Virus record (IMG/VR): IMGVR_UViG_3300050821_000359
Location: 3,265 to 67,264 of that record
Direction: 5' to 3' (one strand)
Source of the DNA: a virus
DNA: 64,000 bases
Under the pieces are notes generated by a model. The model did not search any database. It was given only the letters and a program-made list of their open reading frames with translations, and was not told the DNA's origin. Position numbers and translations under genes: made by a program. Position 1 is the stretch's first letter, and every line of letters starts with the position of its first letter. Of the stretch, positions 49,916 to 59,603 are shown piece after piece.

Positions 49916-52900
49916 TAAGGTAATACCCTCACATTATAAGCAAGACTTGCAGGTGTTCCTGTACCGCAAACATAAACCGTTACCGTGTTTGTTGAAGTAA
50001 CTGATGCTCTTAAATCAAAAGCACCACCTACATCTGCGCCAGTAGTACTAGAAACTGTTACAGGAGAACCGACTGCTGCACCTGTCACGGTTGCTGTTCC
50101 AGAATCGCAAGTAGCGGTTAATGAGGTTCCTGTAATTGTTCCTGTTGTTCCTGTTAGATAAGCCGTCGCACACGCACCACCGTCCTTGATTCGTCCGGTT
50201 GTGTTAGCAAAAGTGGCGCAGTCATTAACTACAGTTGTAGTAGAATTAGCAATATCTATTAATTGTCCTGCCGTACCTGTTGCTGGACCTAGTTCAATAT
50301 AGTTTCCTGATACTCCAGTAGGTGCTGTTAGGCTCATTTCAAATAATGTAGTAGGTGAATTCAAACCTATTTTAGCAGCCTGATCTACGAATCCGCGAGT
50401 CAAATCTGTGGTAGGAATTGCACCAGAAGGCGTGATCGATCCGTTGTCAATAAGTACGAGATTGCCACCGACATTTCCCATTCCCAATTCTGCGCCTATA
50501 GTACGCCCATAGGGGTAATAAATTGTCGTACCGGGTGCACGAGTCCATGTCACCTTAACCGAATTAGCCCCACCGTTTGCGACTGCACCACTGCATTCAG
50601 TACCCGGAATACCGGGAGCGCCAGATGCATCGTTTCTTGACGCAATTCTGTAGTAGTAGGTGCCATCTGGTAGGGTGCCAGCGCCCGGTCCTTGAGTGAC
50701 GGTGCAGGTCGGAGGAGTGATGGGTGAAAATAGGATACGGTCATTGAATGTTATGGCGTCCGAGTTGCTATTGAAATGGATATTCCCACCAGTGCCGCCA
50801 AGTCCAAGCTGCCCACTAGCAGTCAAATTCATATCCCCGAGAAACGGCAGGAACGCAATAGTACTGAAACTGCCAGAGTTGTTAAGTGAGTTGATCAAGT
50901 TATAGAAATAGTTTGGATTCGTCTTCTGATTTGTGGTGACAGTACTTAGATTGAAAAGCGACCTTCCATTACTGGGAGCTTCTTGCAGGATCGCCCAATC
51001 GTAATATGCGCCAAATTGCTGAATAGTGTTTAACGGTGTGACAGAACCGCCATTGTCGGTATAAAGATTGTCTCCTCCTCCAGCGCCTATAGTGATGTAC
51101 GGATTGCCAGTCAAACCTCCACTGCCGCCCTGTGCGCCATTCCCTCCCACGCCGAGGAACAGCGAATGAAAAATGGAGTACGGATTCTGCGCCGTCAGGT
51201 TGGATTTAAATCCGGTGTACTGCCCTGCTTCGTCGTTGAGTTCCGTGATGGTATCGCTGGTGGCGAACGCAATGTTGTTCGGCTCCAAGGCAAGGTCACC
51301 CCTGACGCATACCGGAGCCAGATTAAGAGCCGTGCAGGTTGTGGAATTATAAGTCTGCACGTCCAGAACTTCGGCCATAGGCCAAATATTGATTACGTTC
51401 AGCGCGGCGGTTGTAGTTGCGAGTACATAGGTTGCGGTAGTCGCGGTGTGCTGTCCGGTGAGTACGGCAAGGGTGCAACTGAAGTTGTTCTGACTGTTGC
51501 TGATGAACGTGACGGCGGTGCATACCGTGCCATTGAGAGCACTGTCAGACGCGCCTGAGAAGATCACGTTCGTCTTGTTATAGCCTACAGGGAAACCAGT
51601 GACTCCGGTTGCGTAGACGGTCGTCCCATTGCTCGTGAGTCCGGTCACTGCTCCAGAAAGATAAATAGTGGAATTGAAATTCCCGCCGCCTGTAACGAAC
51701 GGCCCCGGTGATCCGCTGCCCTGCCGAAAGAATGTAACCTCGCAGACGGTAGTAGATATGCATCCGATCACATCCACCAGATAGCGATTAGGGTTGGCTC
51801 CGGCTGGTGTGTTGGCAACGATCTCCATGCCCGACCCGCAAAGGCTACCCTGCATAATAACGCTGCCGGAAGCGTGCGGTTTGCGTACTAGAGCCGTGAC
51901 GGCATATGGCCCCGATCCGGTTACTGAGGTAGGAGTGATCACATCGTGAAATTGAGAGGCAAAACACATCAACGTGGTGATAGTAGGCGCTGTTCCACCC
52001 ACCAGATTTACATTGAATGTAAGTACCGTTCCATAGGGAGAGTGCCCCACATCTGCCCCGTTTGGCTGCACAGGAGCGGCAAGTGTTCCCCAGAAGTTTG
52101 AAGCCGTAACAGCAGTTCCGAATGTAACGGCCTCAAGAGTAGCCGAGAGTCCCGCTGCGAGATTGGTAATGGTGTTTGCTGTTGCTCCCTGCGTTATGTC
52201 GATGATGCAGCATCGCACACCTTGTGAACCGCTGAAGCTGGTAGGCGTGCCGCTTATAGCTTGCGAGCCGTTCGTACATCCACCTACACAACTTTCGCGG
52301 AACTGCGATACATCTTCTGTAACTGCCGTAGCAAATTCAGTTCCTTCATCGGATGTTGCTCTGGAGCCGCCGTGTGAATTGATGTAGGCATACCAAGCGG
52401 TGTCGCCTATGCCATTGTGCTGCATGACGGTGTTTAGTGCTTCTCTGATTCCAGCGCCCAACGAAGTGTAGGTAACATTTAGGCCAGCGCCGACTTGCCA
52501 TGCAGTGTTTCCGATCAGAGGAACAGGCGGATTGCCGACACTAAGGCCGGGTTCGGAGTCATTGAACATAACCTGAGAACAATCGTAGAGACTGGTCGCT
52601 GATAAGGTGTAGGGAGCATCCATCAGGCAGTTAGTCACATTCGCAGCCGGAACTCCAGAGAACGTAGCTAAACGAGGATACGGCCAGTTATGGTAAAAGT
52701 TCTGCGTCATCCCCTCGCGCTCATCCTCAAAATGAAACATACTCGGAACACTGGGTATCATGTTGGTGTAAGTATATTGCTCTGTCGTAGCGTATGTTGG
52801 ATCAGCTATGCACAAAGGTTGACCGGCTGCTGCACAAGCCGAAATGCCTGTCAAAACATTGTACTGTTTCGCGTATGCCGAACCTCCTATTACGGGGGCT

Positions 52901-53436
52901 ACGAATGCGCGTGTAGATGTAATTGTGTTCGCTGTAGTTATTCCATCGTCTAAATGAGACTGTGCTGCGATAGCCGTTGGGGATGTTCCTAAAGGAATTA
53001 CCCCATTTGCTTGATTAGCAACTGTTCCTGAACCTGAACCTCCCAGTCCTGTTCCAAATTGTGTTCTGGTGTCATTAATGTTGGTAATAACTGAGGTAGT
53101 GGTGACAATGGCTAATGGAATTTGTGTAGTTAATACAAACACAGATGTACTGGCAGTTGGTGCGCAACTATTCGTTGTGTCCAAATATACATAATTGGTG
53201 GCGTTTGCGGACAAAACCACCACTCCTCCGGTATATTGCTGAAGTGTGGTCGAACATATTACAGTTCCACTAGAAAGATTCAAGTTTAGTGCTCTACCTG
53301 CTGTTGGTGCATAGCCGGGAGCAATGCCGTTAACGTATTTAGCATTAACAGCATATATAGGATCAGTCTGAGATTGCGGACTTTGCGCATTCGCCAAACT
53401 TGCTATGAAAATTAATAGAAATGCTAAATATTTCAT
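49915..53436 (-). CDS. large tail-fibre/spike-like protein with signal peptide
   Basis: MKYLAFLLIFIASLANA|QSPQ; shares N-terminal domain with 48398-49915; T/G/S-rich; Fn3-like GTYYYRI. Confidence 0.7.
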   Translation of the reverse strand: MKYLAFLLIFIASLANAQSPQSQTDPIYAVNAKYVNGIAPGYAPTAGRALNLNLSSGTVICSTTLQQYTGGVVVLSANATNYVYLDTTNSCAPTASTSVFVLTTQIPLAIVTTTSVITNINDTRTQFGTGLGGSGSGTVANQANGVIPLGTSPTAIAAQSHLDDGITTANTITSTRAFVAPVIGGSAYAKQYNVLTGISACAAAGQPLCIADPTYATTEQYTYTNMIPSVPSMFHFEDEREGMTQNFYHNWPYPRLATFSGVPAANVTNCLMDAPYTLSATSLYDCSQVMFNDSEPGLSVGNPPVPLIGNTAWQVGAGLNVTYTSLGAGIREALNTVMQHNGIGDTAWYAYINSHGGSRATSDEGTEFATAVTEDVSQFRESCVGGCTNGSQAISGTPTSFSGSQGVRCCIIDITQGATANTITNLAAGLSATLEAVTFGTAVTASNFWGTLAAPVQPNGADVGHSPYGTVLTFNVNLVGGTAPTITTLMCFASQFHDVITPTSVTGSGPYAVTALVRKPHASGSVIMQGSLCGSGMEIVANTPAGANPNRYLVDVIGCISTTVCEVTFFRQGSGSPGPFVTGGGNFNSTIYLSGAVTGLTSNGTTVYATGVTGFPVGYNKTNVIFSGASDSALNGTVCTAVTFISNSQNNFSCTLAVLTGQHTATTATYVLATTTAALNVINIWPMAEVLDVQTYNSTTCTALNLAPVCVRGDLALEPNNIAFATSDTITELNDEAGQYTGFKSNLTAQNPYSIFHSLFLGVGGNGAQGGSGGLTGNPYITIGAGGGDNLYTDNGGSVTPLNTIQQFGAYYDWAILQEAPSNGRSLFNLSTVTTNQKTNPNYFYNLINSLNNSGSFSTIAFLPFLGDMNLTASGQLGLGGTGGNIHFNSNSDAITFNDRILFSPITPPTCTVTQGPGAGTLPDGTYYYRIASRNDASGAPGIPGTECSGAVANGGANSVKVTWTRAPGTTIYYPYGRTIGAELGMGNVGGNLVLIDNGSITPSGAIPTTDLTRGFVDQAAKIGLNSPTTLFEMSLTAPTGVSGNYIELGPATGTAGQLIDIANSTTTVVNDCATFANTTGRIKDGGACATAYLTGTTGTITGTSLTATCDSGTATVTGAAVGSPVTVSSTTGADVGGAFDLRASVTSTNTVTVYVCGTGTPASLAYNVRVLP

Positions 53437-53732
53437 TAAGCCACCTGTGCAATATTAGGACCAGCTACTTTTAATCCGCTGGAATTATAAACTTCATAAA
53501 TATAATAAGAATGAATCGGAAGAAGTGTAGACCCAGAATTACTTTGTAACGTTATAGTTCCAGAATTACCGTTACTATCAAGGGAAAAATCCTTAAAATT
53601 ATAGGTCAACTGAGAAGGGACCACAGTATCTTGTTCATCTTGACTTAGACGAATTCGTAATGTTCCGTTAGCGACAGGAGTTCCATCTGCATTCTGGAAA
53701 TTACTTATAGGAAATGGACCTGAAGTTGGCAT
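53436..53732 (-). CDS. small tail accessory protein
   Basis: DGTPVANGTLRIRLSQD, LDSNGN. Confidence 0.6.
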   Translation of the reverse strand: MPTSGPFPISNFQNADGTPVANGTLRIRLSQDEQDTVVPSQLTYNFKDFSLDSNGNSGTITLQSNSGSTLLPIHSYYIYEVYNSSGLKVAGPNIAQVA

Positions 53733-54664
53733 TATATGGCCGTCCTAGTTTGAAATCCTTGCTGCAATTTGTCTTGATTGGCAATCGGTGTTCCAGTAAT
53801 CGCTTGCCAGTTATTAAGAATAATGTTAACTTCAGTCTGCGTTAGACCGCTGCTAGAACTTATCAAATTAGCTATAAATTTTGAATTAGCCATTTGAAAG
53901 CGAGGATCGTCGGCAAACATGTACATCAACGCTAGTAATCCCCAATTATAAATATGTGAGTATTCGTCAGGAATTGGTGCCCAAGTTGTGTTAGTTCCTG
54001 TAATAATAGGGGGTTTCTGTTGAAGTGTAATTGCTACAGGGTAAGGTTGATCAGGGCAAGGAATTAATCTAAAAGTAATATTCCCGTCTCCCGCGTCTCC
54101 TTGCGCTGATATATCGTGAGGGCGATCTTGGTTCGAGTCTAAATGCAGAGCAATCTTAGAATTAATAGGTTTCCATTTAGGGAAATTGGCCCCATCCTTT
54201 ACCTGCAAGGAAACTGTTTCTATCCATGCAAAATTATAAGTTTGAGATACAGTCGTTCCTATAGAACCGTTATTAATCCACTGAACGGTGTTATCAGTCG
54301 TTACTTGCCCTGTTATCGTACTCCAAGTGGGAGCAGTAGAATTTGTTATCCCTGCTGTGTAGACCATTTGAGAGTTTCCGTTATTGTCAACAAGTACCCA
54401 TCCAACTTGGACCGGTGTACCCGCAGTCCAATTAAAAATGTAATAATCTTGCTGACCCGGTTTACAAACAAATCCCGTTACCACTCTATTCCATCTCCAT
54501 GAAAAAGGAGCACCTAGAATAGTCTGCATAACAGTATTTATGCTTGAAATGGCAGGTTCCATCATATTTCCGATAACCGGATTGCGACCCCATATGAACC
54601 GTTTGCACCACTCTAGGGTTTGAGAAATTTTAATAGTCGAACTTGCCAATTTATCTCCATGCAA
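53732..54664 (-). CDS. head-tail adaptor-like protein
   Basis: STIK.., PFSWRWNR, FRLIPCPDQPY, IPDEY; paralog of the body of 55399-56742. Confidence 0.55.
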   Translation of the reverse strand: MHGDKLASSTIKISQTLEWCKRFIWGRNPVIGNMMEPAISSINTVMQTILGAPFSWRWNRVVTGFVCKPGQQDYYIFNWTAGTPVQVGWVLVDNNGNSQMVYTAGITNSTAPTWSTITGQVTTDNTVQWINNGSIGTTVSQTYNFAWIETVSLQVKDGANFPKWKPINSKIALHLDSNQDRPHDISAQGDAGDGNITFRLIPCPDQPYPVAITLQQKPPIITGTNTTWAPIPDEYSHIYNWGLLALMYMFADDPRFQMANSKFIANLISSSSGLTQTEVNIILNNWQAITGTPIANQDKLQQGFQTRTAI

Positions 54665-54665
54665 T

Positions 54666-54690
54666 AAAAAAGGCAGACCGAAGTCTGCCC
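54666..54690 (-). terminator. rho-independent terminator
   Basis: GGGCAGAC-TTCG-GTCTGCCT followed by T tract. Confidence 0.8.
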
Positions 54691-54716
54691 GTTACCGATT
54701 AATGCTTAATATTTTA

Positions 54717-54875
54717 TTAATTTTTCTGAATAGTTGTCACATTGTTGCCCTGAACTGAATAAATTTTCTGTGTTCCTATGTAAAAATTTACGAAACCAGA
54801 TTCAAAGTCATAACTGTCAGCTTTGACCACGATGACAGGTTGTGTGACCCATCTTGTTACTATGTAGGTATTCAT
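54717..54875 (-). CDS. small hypothetical protein (52 aa)
   Basis: AGGAG RBS, ATGA overlap with the nuclease stop; MNTYIVTRW. Confidence 0.5.
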   Translation of the reverse strand: MNTYIVTRWVTQPVIVVKADSYDFESGFVNFYIGTQKIYSVQGNNVTTIQKN

Positions 54876-55360
54876 TGATAACTCCTGATATACGCTGCCA
54901 TCTTTTCTAGCAGGTTTGGATCGTCGTAGGCCGCCCCAAGTGCGACATTGCATGTTGTACAGAGTAACTTTCGTATCCTCATAGTTTTATGACAATGGTC
55001 AACTTGAAAATAAAGGTTACCTCTTCCCGGTTCACTAGTTCCACAAAGAGCACATTTGTTGTCCTGAGATAGCAACATTTCTTTGTATTGTTCTAAGGTA
55101 ATGCCAAACTTTCTTTTTAGAATAGTATTTTTTACGGTTTCCGGGTTGCTTTCTCTATATCTTTTAGCTCTAGCACATCGTTCTGGTATATCTTTTTGGT
55201 AATATCTACGATGATTTATTCGATTACATTCCATGCACTTACGTCCGTTCTTAGTGCCGTTCTTGTGGAATAATTGTTTATAACTTCCTTCTACGAATTC
55301 GTGCCCATTTTTACAATGAGTTTTGAGTTTCGGGCCTCTTGTTTTTAGTATAATATCCAT
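54872..55360 (-). CDS. endonuclease VII-like homing endonuclease
   Basis: HCKNGH..CMEC; CALC, VDHCHKT..IRKLLC..CN..LG. Confidence 0.9.
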   Translation of the reverse strand: MDIILKTRGPKLKTHCKNGHEFVEGSYKQLFHKNGTKNGRKCMECNRINHRRYYQKDIPERCARAKRYRESNPETVKNTILKRKFGITLEQYKEMLLSQDNKCALCGTSEPGRGNLYFQVDHCHKTMRIRKLLCTTCNVALGAAYDDPNLLEKMAAYIRSYQ

Positions 55361-55366
55361 AATTCT

Positions 55367-55395
55367 ATTATACCATACTTGTCAAATTTAAACAA
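55367..55395 (-). promoter_or_regulatory. promoter for a probably leaderless nuclease mRNA
   Basis: TTGTTT-17 nt-TATAAT with TGn extension; ATG follows 6 nt later, no RBS. Confidence 0.6.
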
Positions 55396-55398
55396 GGT

Positions 55399-56742
55399 TT
55401 AGCCACCAGTCCAAGGTCCAAATGGCAAAATAGGGGAAGTCGGGTTGTATCCCCAACCGGTGTCCATCACTGAGGCACTGGTAGGATAAAAACCAAAGTC
55501 ATCCATCTCGCGGTCCGCTTGACGCACAGATTTATCAAGTGCTTCTAAAGCTAACTGCCTTTCTTGTGGATACTTAGCTCTAACTTTAGGATCAGGATTT
55601 CTTCTATAACACTCGGCAAAAAAGAGCATCTTAAAAGCCCATTCCCAATCGTCCGGGATCACACCTAAAGTCTCGTTAAGACTACTGAACCGTTTCGCTC
55701 TAAGTTGGGCTACTACCTGAATTAAGAACGGAACGCCGGTTTGTGGAGGAACAGGATTAACCCTTATCCCTTGACCGTTAGGGTCAATTGCTGTCCACAC
55801 ACAAGACCCATCTAACACAGTTGTTGCCAATAGATTAGGACTTTTAAAAGTAGGATAAGTAGGATTAGAAGGCCACTGAGGTTGTGTTATTCCGCATGTG
55901 CCAAATTTTGTTAGCGTCCATAAGTTTCCGTAATAATCAGTAATCGCTGTACAAGCGTTTAGAGGCGTTGCGAGTGTTCCTAATGGGTTCGTATATATTA
56001 CGCCGGGACCGGGATTCTGTTGACCAGATTGATTCGGTCCTACAACAGTCGTTTCTCCACTAAGATTGCCGGGAGTCGGTCCTAACGGATGTGCTCCCCA
56101 TGTACCAGACATTAGAATCTTGTTAGGGAGCCAGCAGATTTTACCCGGATAAGTTTGTTGAGCGTAGGTTACTTCTAAATCCTTTCTAACTTCTAAAAAT
56201 GTTTTTTGCTTAATAACAGAAGTCTGGTTAATATTTACTGCCCACGCACTCTCAATCCATCCAATATTAGACACACCCGGAATATAATAATCTTGTTGCA
56301 AACTAATCGTAGGAAAAGGAGGAATGTTTATTCTATTCCATTTCCAGTTATAAGGTTGTCCTATATTTCCACCATTGATAATCGCTTGCATAACATCATT
56401 AGCAATGGATAGCGCAGGAGCAGTAGATAGGCCCCCTGTTGCTAGTGCCGGTGCTACATCTCCTAGCGTAGATGCGTCTTCAACAACTTCCACTAATTTA
56501 ATAGTAGAATTATTAACAGGACCGATGGCAGGAGACAGGTTAGTTGAAATAATAATATAACCTGTCAAATTAGGATCGGATGCTTCTAGATAAAGATTAG
56601 AAGCATCATACAAAGTTGGTTGAAACCAAACTGACCCGCTGCTAGTCATGTTGACAATTGCTGACGCCGGTATTACTCCTAATGTGTGAGGTAATATAAA
56701 ATTGCCCGGTGCAATCGTAGTAAATGGGACTTTAATGGTCAT
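55399..56742 (-). CDS. head-tail adaptor-like protein with N-terminal accessory domain
   Basis: PYNWKWNR, IRVNPVP, IPDD; N-terminal domain paralogous to 56743-56970. Confidence 0.55.
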   Translation of the reverse strand: MTIKVPFTTIAPGNFILPHTLGVIPASAIVNMTSSGSVWFQPTLYDASNLYLEASDPNLTGYIIISTNLSPAIGPVNNSTIKLVEVVEDASTLGDVAPALATGGLSTAPALSIANDVMQAIINGGNIGQPYNWKWNRINIPPFPTISLQQDYYIPGVSNIGWIESAWAVNINQTSVIKQKTFLEVRKDLEVTYAQQTYPGKICWLPNKILMSGTWGAHPLGPTPGNLSGETTVVGPNQSGQQNPGPGVIYTNPLGTLATPLNACTAITDYYGNLWTLTKFGTCGITQPQWPSNPTYPTFKSPNLLATTVLDGSCVWTAIDPNGQGIRVNPVPPQTGVPFLIQVVAQLRAKRFSSLNETLGVIPDDWEWAFKMLFFAECYRRNPDPKVRAKYPQERQLALEALDKSVRQADREMDDFGFYPTSASVMDTGWGYNPTSPILPFGPWTGG

Positions 56743-56970
56743 TTATCCCTCATAATCAGCAGCAGCATAAACTAGAAAAAATCCCGTAACATTAATGTCC
56801 GATGCTACCACATAAAGATTAGTAGCATCGAATCGATTAGTTTGAAACCAAACGTCTCCCCCACTTGTTAGAGTTTTGGTAACAGATATAGGTGTAGTTC
56901 CCAAACCATGCTGTAAAGTAAAGTTTCCGGGAGCAGTAGTTATAAATGGAACTTGAACGCCCTTTGCCAT
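56743..56970 (-). CDS. small virion protein
   Basis: VPF.T.APGNF.L.H.LG..P shared with the downstream gene. Confidence 0.65.
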   Translation of the reverse strand: MAKGVQVPFITTAPGNFTLQHGLGTTPISVTKTLTSGGDVWFQTNRFDATNLYVVASDINVTGFFLVYAAADYEG

Positions 56971-56977
56971 GATACTC

Positions 56978-57667
56978 CTATCTTAATGTAGTATTCGCAG
57001 TCATTTCCCTGTAATACGCGCCATTGTCAGAAAATCCGAATACAACGGAACCAGATGGCACATTTCTAGTCTGAAAGTTACAAGCTGCTTGCCACTCTGC
57101 GAACTTCTGTATATACTCTTCTTCAGATTTGCAGCGATTCTTAATAGGTGGTTTCCATGTATATCCACAACGAAGACAACGTACCCACATATCGCCATTA
57201 CAAAAGGTATGCTTCAAAACAGCATATTGGGAATCATCTCCTTGTCCACCAAGGACCGCTGCTACACCGTTACCGCCTTTACGGTGGTTACACCGTTTCT
57301 GTGCTCTGGCGTCAATGTCTGCATTTTGTTTTAGAGTTAATCCGTTCGTAACACTTGTTTGTCTGATATTCTGACGCCTGATGTTTCTTTCATCAAGTCG
57401 TTCTTGAATGTCTTGTAGATTTGCCTCTCGTTCCTGAATTTCTAATTGCTGCGCTCTGAGTTTTAATCTCTCTGTTTCTAGCTGTAGATTAACTATTTCC
57501 TCGTTCTTTTCTTTTGCTCTAGGCGTTCCTTCTGCCGTAGGCTTCACAATATCATTTAAGTTGCTCAAGTTTCCTCCAAACTTATTCCCAACCCTTGTCT
57601 CTCTTTCTCCACTCATAGAGTAGTCCGTTATAGCGGCTGAATGCTGCCGAGACACCCGGTTTTCCAA
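56978..57667 (-). CDS. coiled-coil + Zn-finger protein (likely start TTG 57568)
   Basis: GGAGG RBS before TTG; CNH.K.G, CLRCG. Confidence 0.6.
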   Translation of the reverse strand: MENRVSRQHSAAITDYSMSGERETRVGNKFGGNLSNLNDIVKPTAEGTPRAKEKNEEIVNLQLETERLKLRAQQLEIQEREANLQDIQERLDERNIRRQNIRQTSVTNGLTLKQNADIDARAQKRCNHRKGGNGVAAVLGGQGDDSQYAVLKHTFCNGDMWVRCLRCGYTWKPPIKNRCKSEEEYIQKFAEWQAACNFQTRNVPSGSVVFGFSDNGAYYREMTANTTLR

Positions 57668-58229
57668 ATACTTTATTAGCTTTCTCTTCTGTCAACAATC
57701 CTTTAAGGATAAGTTGTAAAGTGACAGTGCGCCAGCCCCGTCTTTTCTCTGCTAATGGAACACCGTGATCATCAAAGTTAAACATTGATAGCTCAGGCAT
57801 CATGCCATACTGCGACCATGCGGCTACTTCTAAAGGACCGCCGTTAACAGAGACTAACAGGGTTACCTTATCAGGATGTGGATGTTCTCGATAAAAACAA
57901 TTTAATCCAGACTTCCTTAAAAGAGTTATTAGTTCGGAAGAGTGCATTACTCTTCCTACTCTTTCCTCTTGGTTAGCATATTCTTCTGGCGTAACCCATT
58001 GATACTGTCTTGCTAGTTCATCGTTTAGCTCTCTCTGCTCTGCTAGTAGCTCCTTAGTCTGAGAACTAACAGGACCGTCATGGTGATGTTTTTGGGCGTA
58101 TTCCGCTACTTGTGCTGCTAGTTGCGGAGTCATTTTAGTTCCCATTTCATCATCATAGCTCTGCCACGGAGCAGTTTCGGATAGCCTAGTTCCTTGTGTC
58201 TTTTGTATCTCTTGTGCCGTTGGTTGCAT
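57582..58229 (-). CDS. hypothetical head-module protein
   Basis: 215 aa, GGAGG RBS. Confidence 0.6.
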   Translation of the reverse strand: MQPTAQEIQKTQGTRLSETAPWQSYDDEMGTKMTPQLAAQVAEYAQKHHHDGPVSSQTKELLAEQRELNDELARQYQWVTPEEYANQEERVGRVMHSSELITLLRKSGLNCFYREHPHPDKVTLLVSVNGGPLEVAAWSQYGMMPELSMFNFDDHGVPLAEKRRGWRTVTLQLILKGLLTEEKANKVFGKPGVSAAFSRYNGLLYEWRKRDKGWE

Positions 58230-58340
58230 AGCCCTCCAGCTATTAATAACATGTCTGCACGATAGCGAAGTCCATGACTCTCATTAGGTGCAGTCTACGG
58301 ATTCGGATGGCCGTCCTTGTCAGTAGAAATATCCACATAC

Positions 58341-58634
58341 TTAGTCCGCTTCCGATAATCCATCTTTGGCGTATTCTTTACGTGAAATCAAACTTAGTAT
58401 ACCTTCTACAATCGCATCATAGTCTGTTACATCACAAGTCAATCCTGCATCTGACCATAGTCTTTCTAAAGCCATTTCAGCCGACTTGTCTACACTGCAA
58501 AGTTCTAAGAACAATCTGTCAGACTGTAGTTGGTAATTTTTTAGGGCACGGCGAAGATGCCTATTAACACTCCGCTGTGCCCTGTTGTTATGTCTTAGAA
58601 CGAAAGTCTCCTCTACCTCTTCATCGTAAGCCAT
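58341..58634 (-). CDS. hypothetical protein
   Basis: 97 aa, AGGAG RBS. Confidence 0.55.
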   Translation of the reverse strand: MAYDEEVEETFVLRHNNRAQRSVNRHLRRALKNYQLQSDRLFLELCSVDKSAEMALERLWSDAGLTCDVTDYDAIVEGILSLISRKEYAKDGLSEAD

Positions 58635-58642
58635 TTTGTCTC

Positions 58643-59590
58643 CTAGATTTTCACTTTCACCTTGACACTAGAGTAGATTTTATCCAAAGGAAGTCCGTGC
58701 ATAGGATTGCCAGAAGGCGCACCAGTCGTTCCTTCAGAGTTATTAAAGGTTGGGAAAGAAACTTCCACTTCTGTTGCACCTAGAGCAAGTGCTGTTAGCA
58801 ACCCGGTAGACGACACCGAAGCAACTGCTGTACTTGTCCCAGAAGGTTGATAGGTGTTACCAGTCAACGTCTTAGAAGGATAAACCACATAAGTAAGCTG
58901 ATTAGTCCCGCTCTCTTCTGAAGTAGCAGTAGCAGCATGAGTCTCTGCGATTGCATCTGGGTTTGCCAAAGTTAGCGTAGTTGTGCTAGAGGCAGTAGCA
59001 ATAAACGTACCGTTATTAGTAGGATTAGTTACAAATCCGGCAATCGTAAATCCTTGTCCTGCTAGCGCGTTCGATCCGCCACCTGTGATAGTACCAGTGT
59101 AAACAGCAGTACCTTCCTGAGCCGAGGCGGTGCCTGCATGTGTCTCAGCAACCGCATTAGCATTCACCAGAGTCAGTGTAGTCGTGCTAGACGCTGTAGC
59201 AGCAAATAATCCGTTATTAGCAGCGTTGGTAAATCCTGCAATAACAAACGTGTAGCCCTTGAAAGCATTACTTCCGCCACCAGTAATAGTACCGGTGTAA
59301 ACAGAGTGAATGCCGTCAGTAGTAGCAGCAACCGAAGTAAGAGTTAAAACACCGACTGTCGATGCCGCAACGGATGTAAGCGTCAACGCAGACCCGGTGT
59401 CAACCTGTGCGTTAGAAACATCCACAATTTGTGGATTTAATTGAAAAGTTGTAGGATAGTCAACACCAGACAACGAAAGGATGATCGTGTTCTTACCGGG
59501 AATAGTACTCCCGACAGGGTATTGTGGATCATTGCCAGTCGTTAAAATCTTAGCAGCTACGCCTAAACCTGTAGTAGCATTAAAAGCCAT
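58643..59590 (-). CDS. virion decoration protein with internal duplication and Ig-like motif
   Basis: Two copies of VYTGTITGGGSNA..G..F.IAGF...NNG.F.ATASSTTTLTL.N; VASVSSTGLLTA. Confidence 0.65.
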   Translation of the reverse strand: MAFNATTGLGVAAKILTTGNDPQYPVGSTIPGKNTIILSLSGVDYPTTFQLNPQIVDVSNAQVDTGSALTLTSVAASTVGVLTLTSVAATTDGIHSVYTGTITGGGSNAFKGYTFVIAGFTNAANNGLFAATASSTTTLTLVNANAVAETHAGTASAQEGTAVYTGTITGGGSNALAGQGFTIAGFVTNPTNNGTFIATASSTTTLTLANPDAIAETHAATATSEESGTNQLTYVVYPSKTLTGNTYQPSGTSTAVASVSSTGLLTALALGATEVEVSFPTFNNSEGTTGAPSGNPMHGLPLDKIYSSVKVKVKI

Positions 59591-59603
59591 TTATAATCTC
59601 CTA

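Noticed and set aside
47226-53436. Diversity-generating retroelement or invertible fibre cassette
   Set aside because: No reverse transcriptase, TR/VR pair or flanking inverted repeats recognised
58240-58335. Hammerhead-like CTAATGAG + stem in an intergenic region (minus strand)
   Set aside because: Lacks the CUGA and GAAA core; only a CTGCAC/GTGCAG stem is supportable
36371-58783. Numerous short + strand ORFs opposite the structural genes
   Set aside because: Antisense shadows without recognisable motifs
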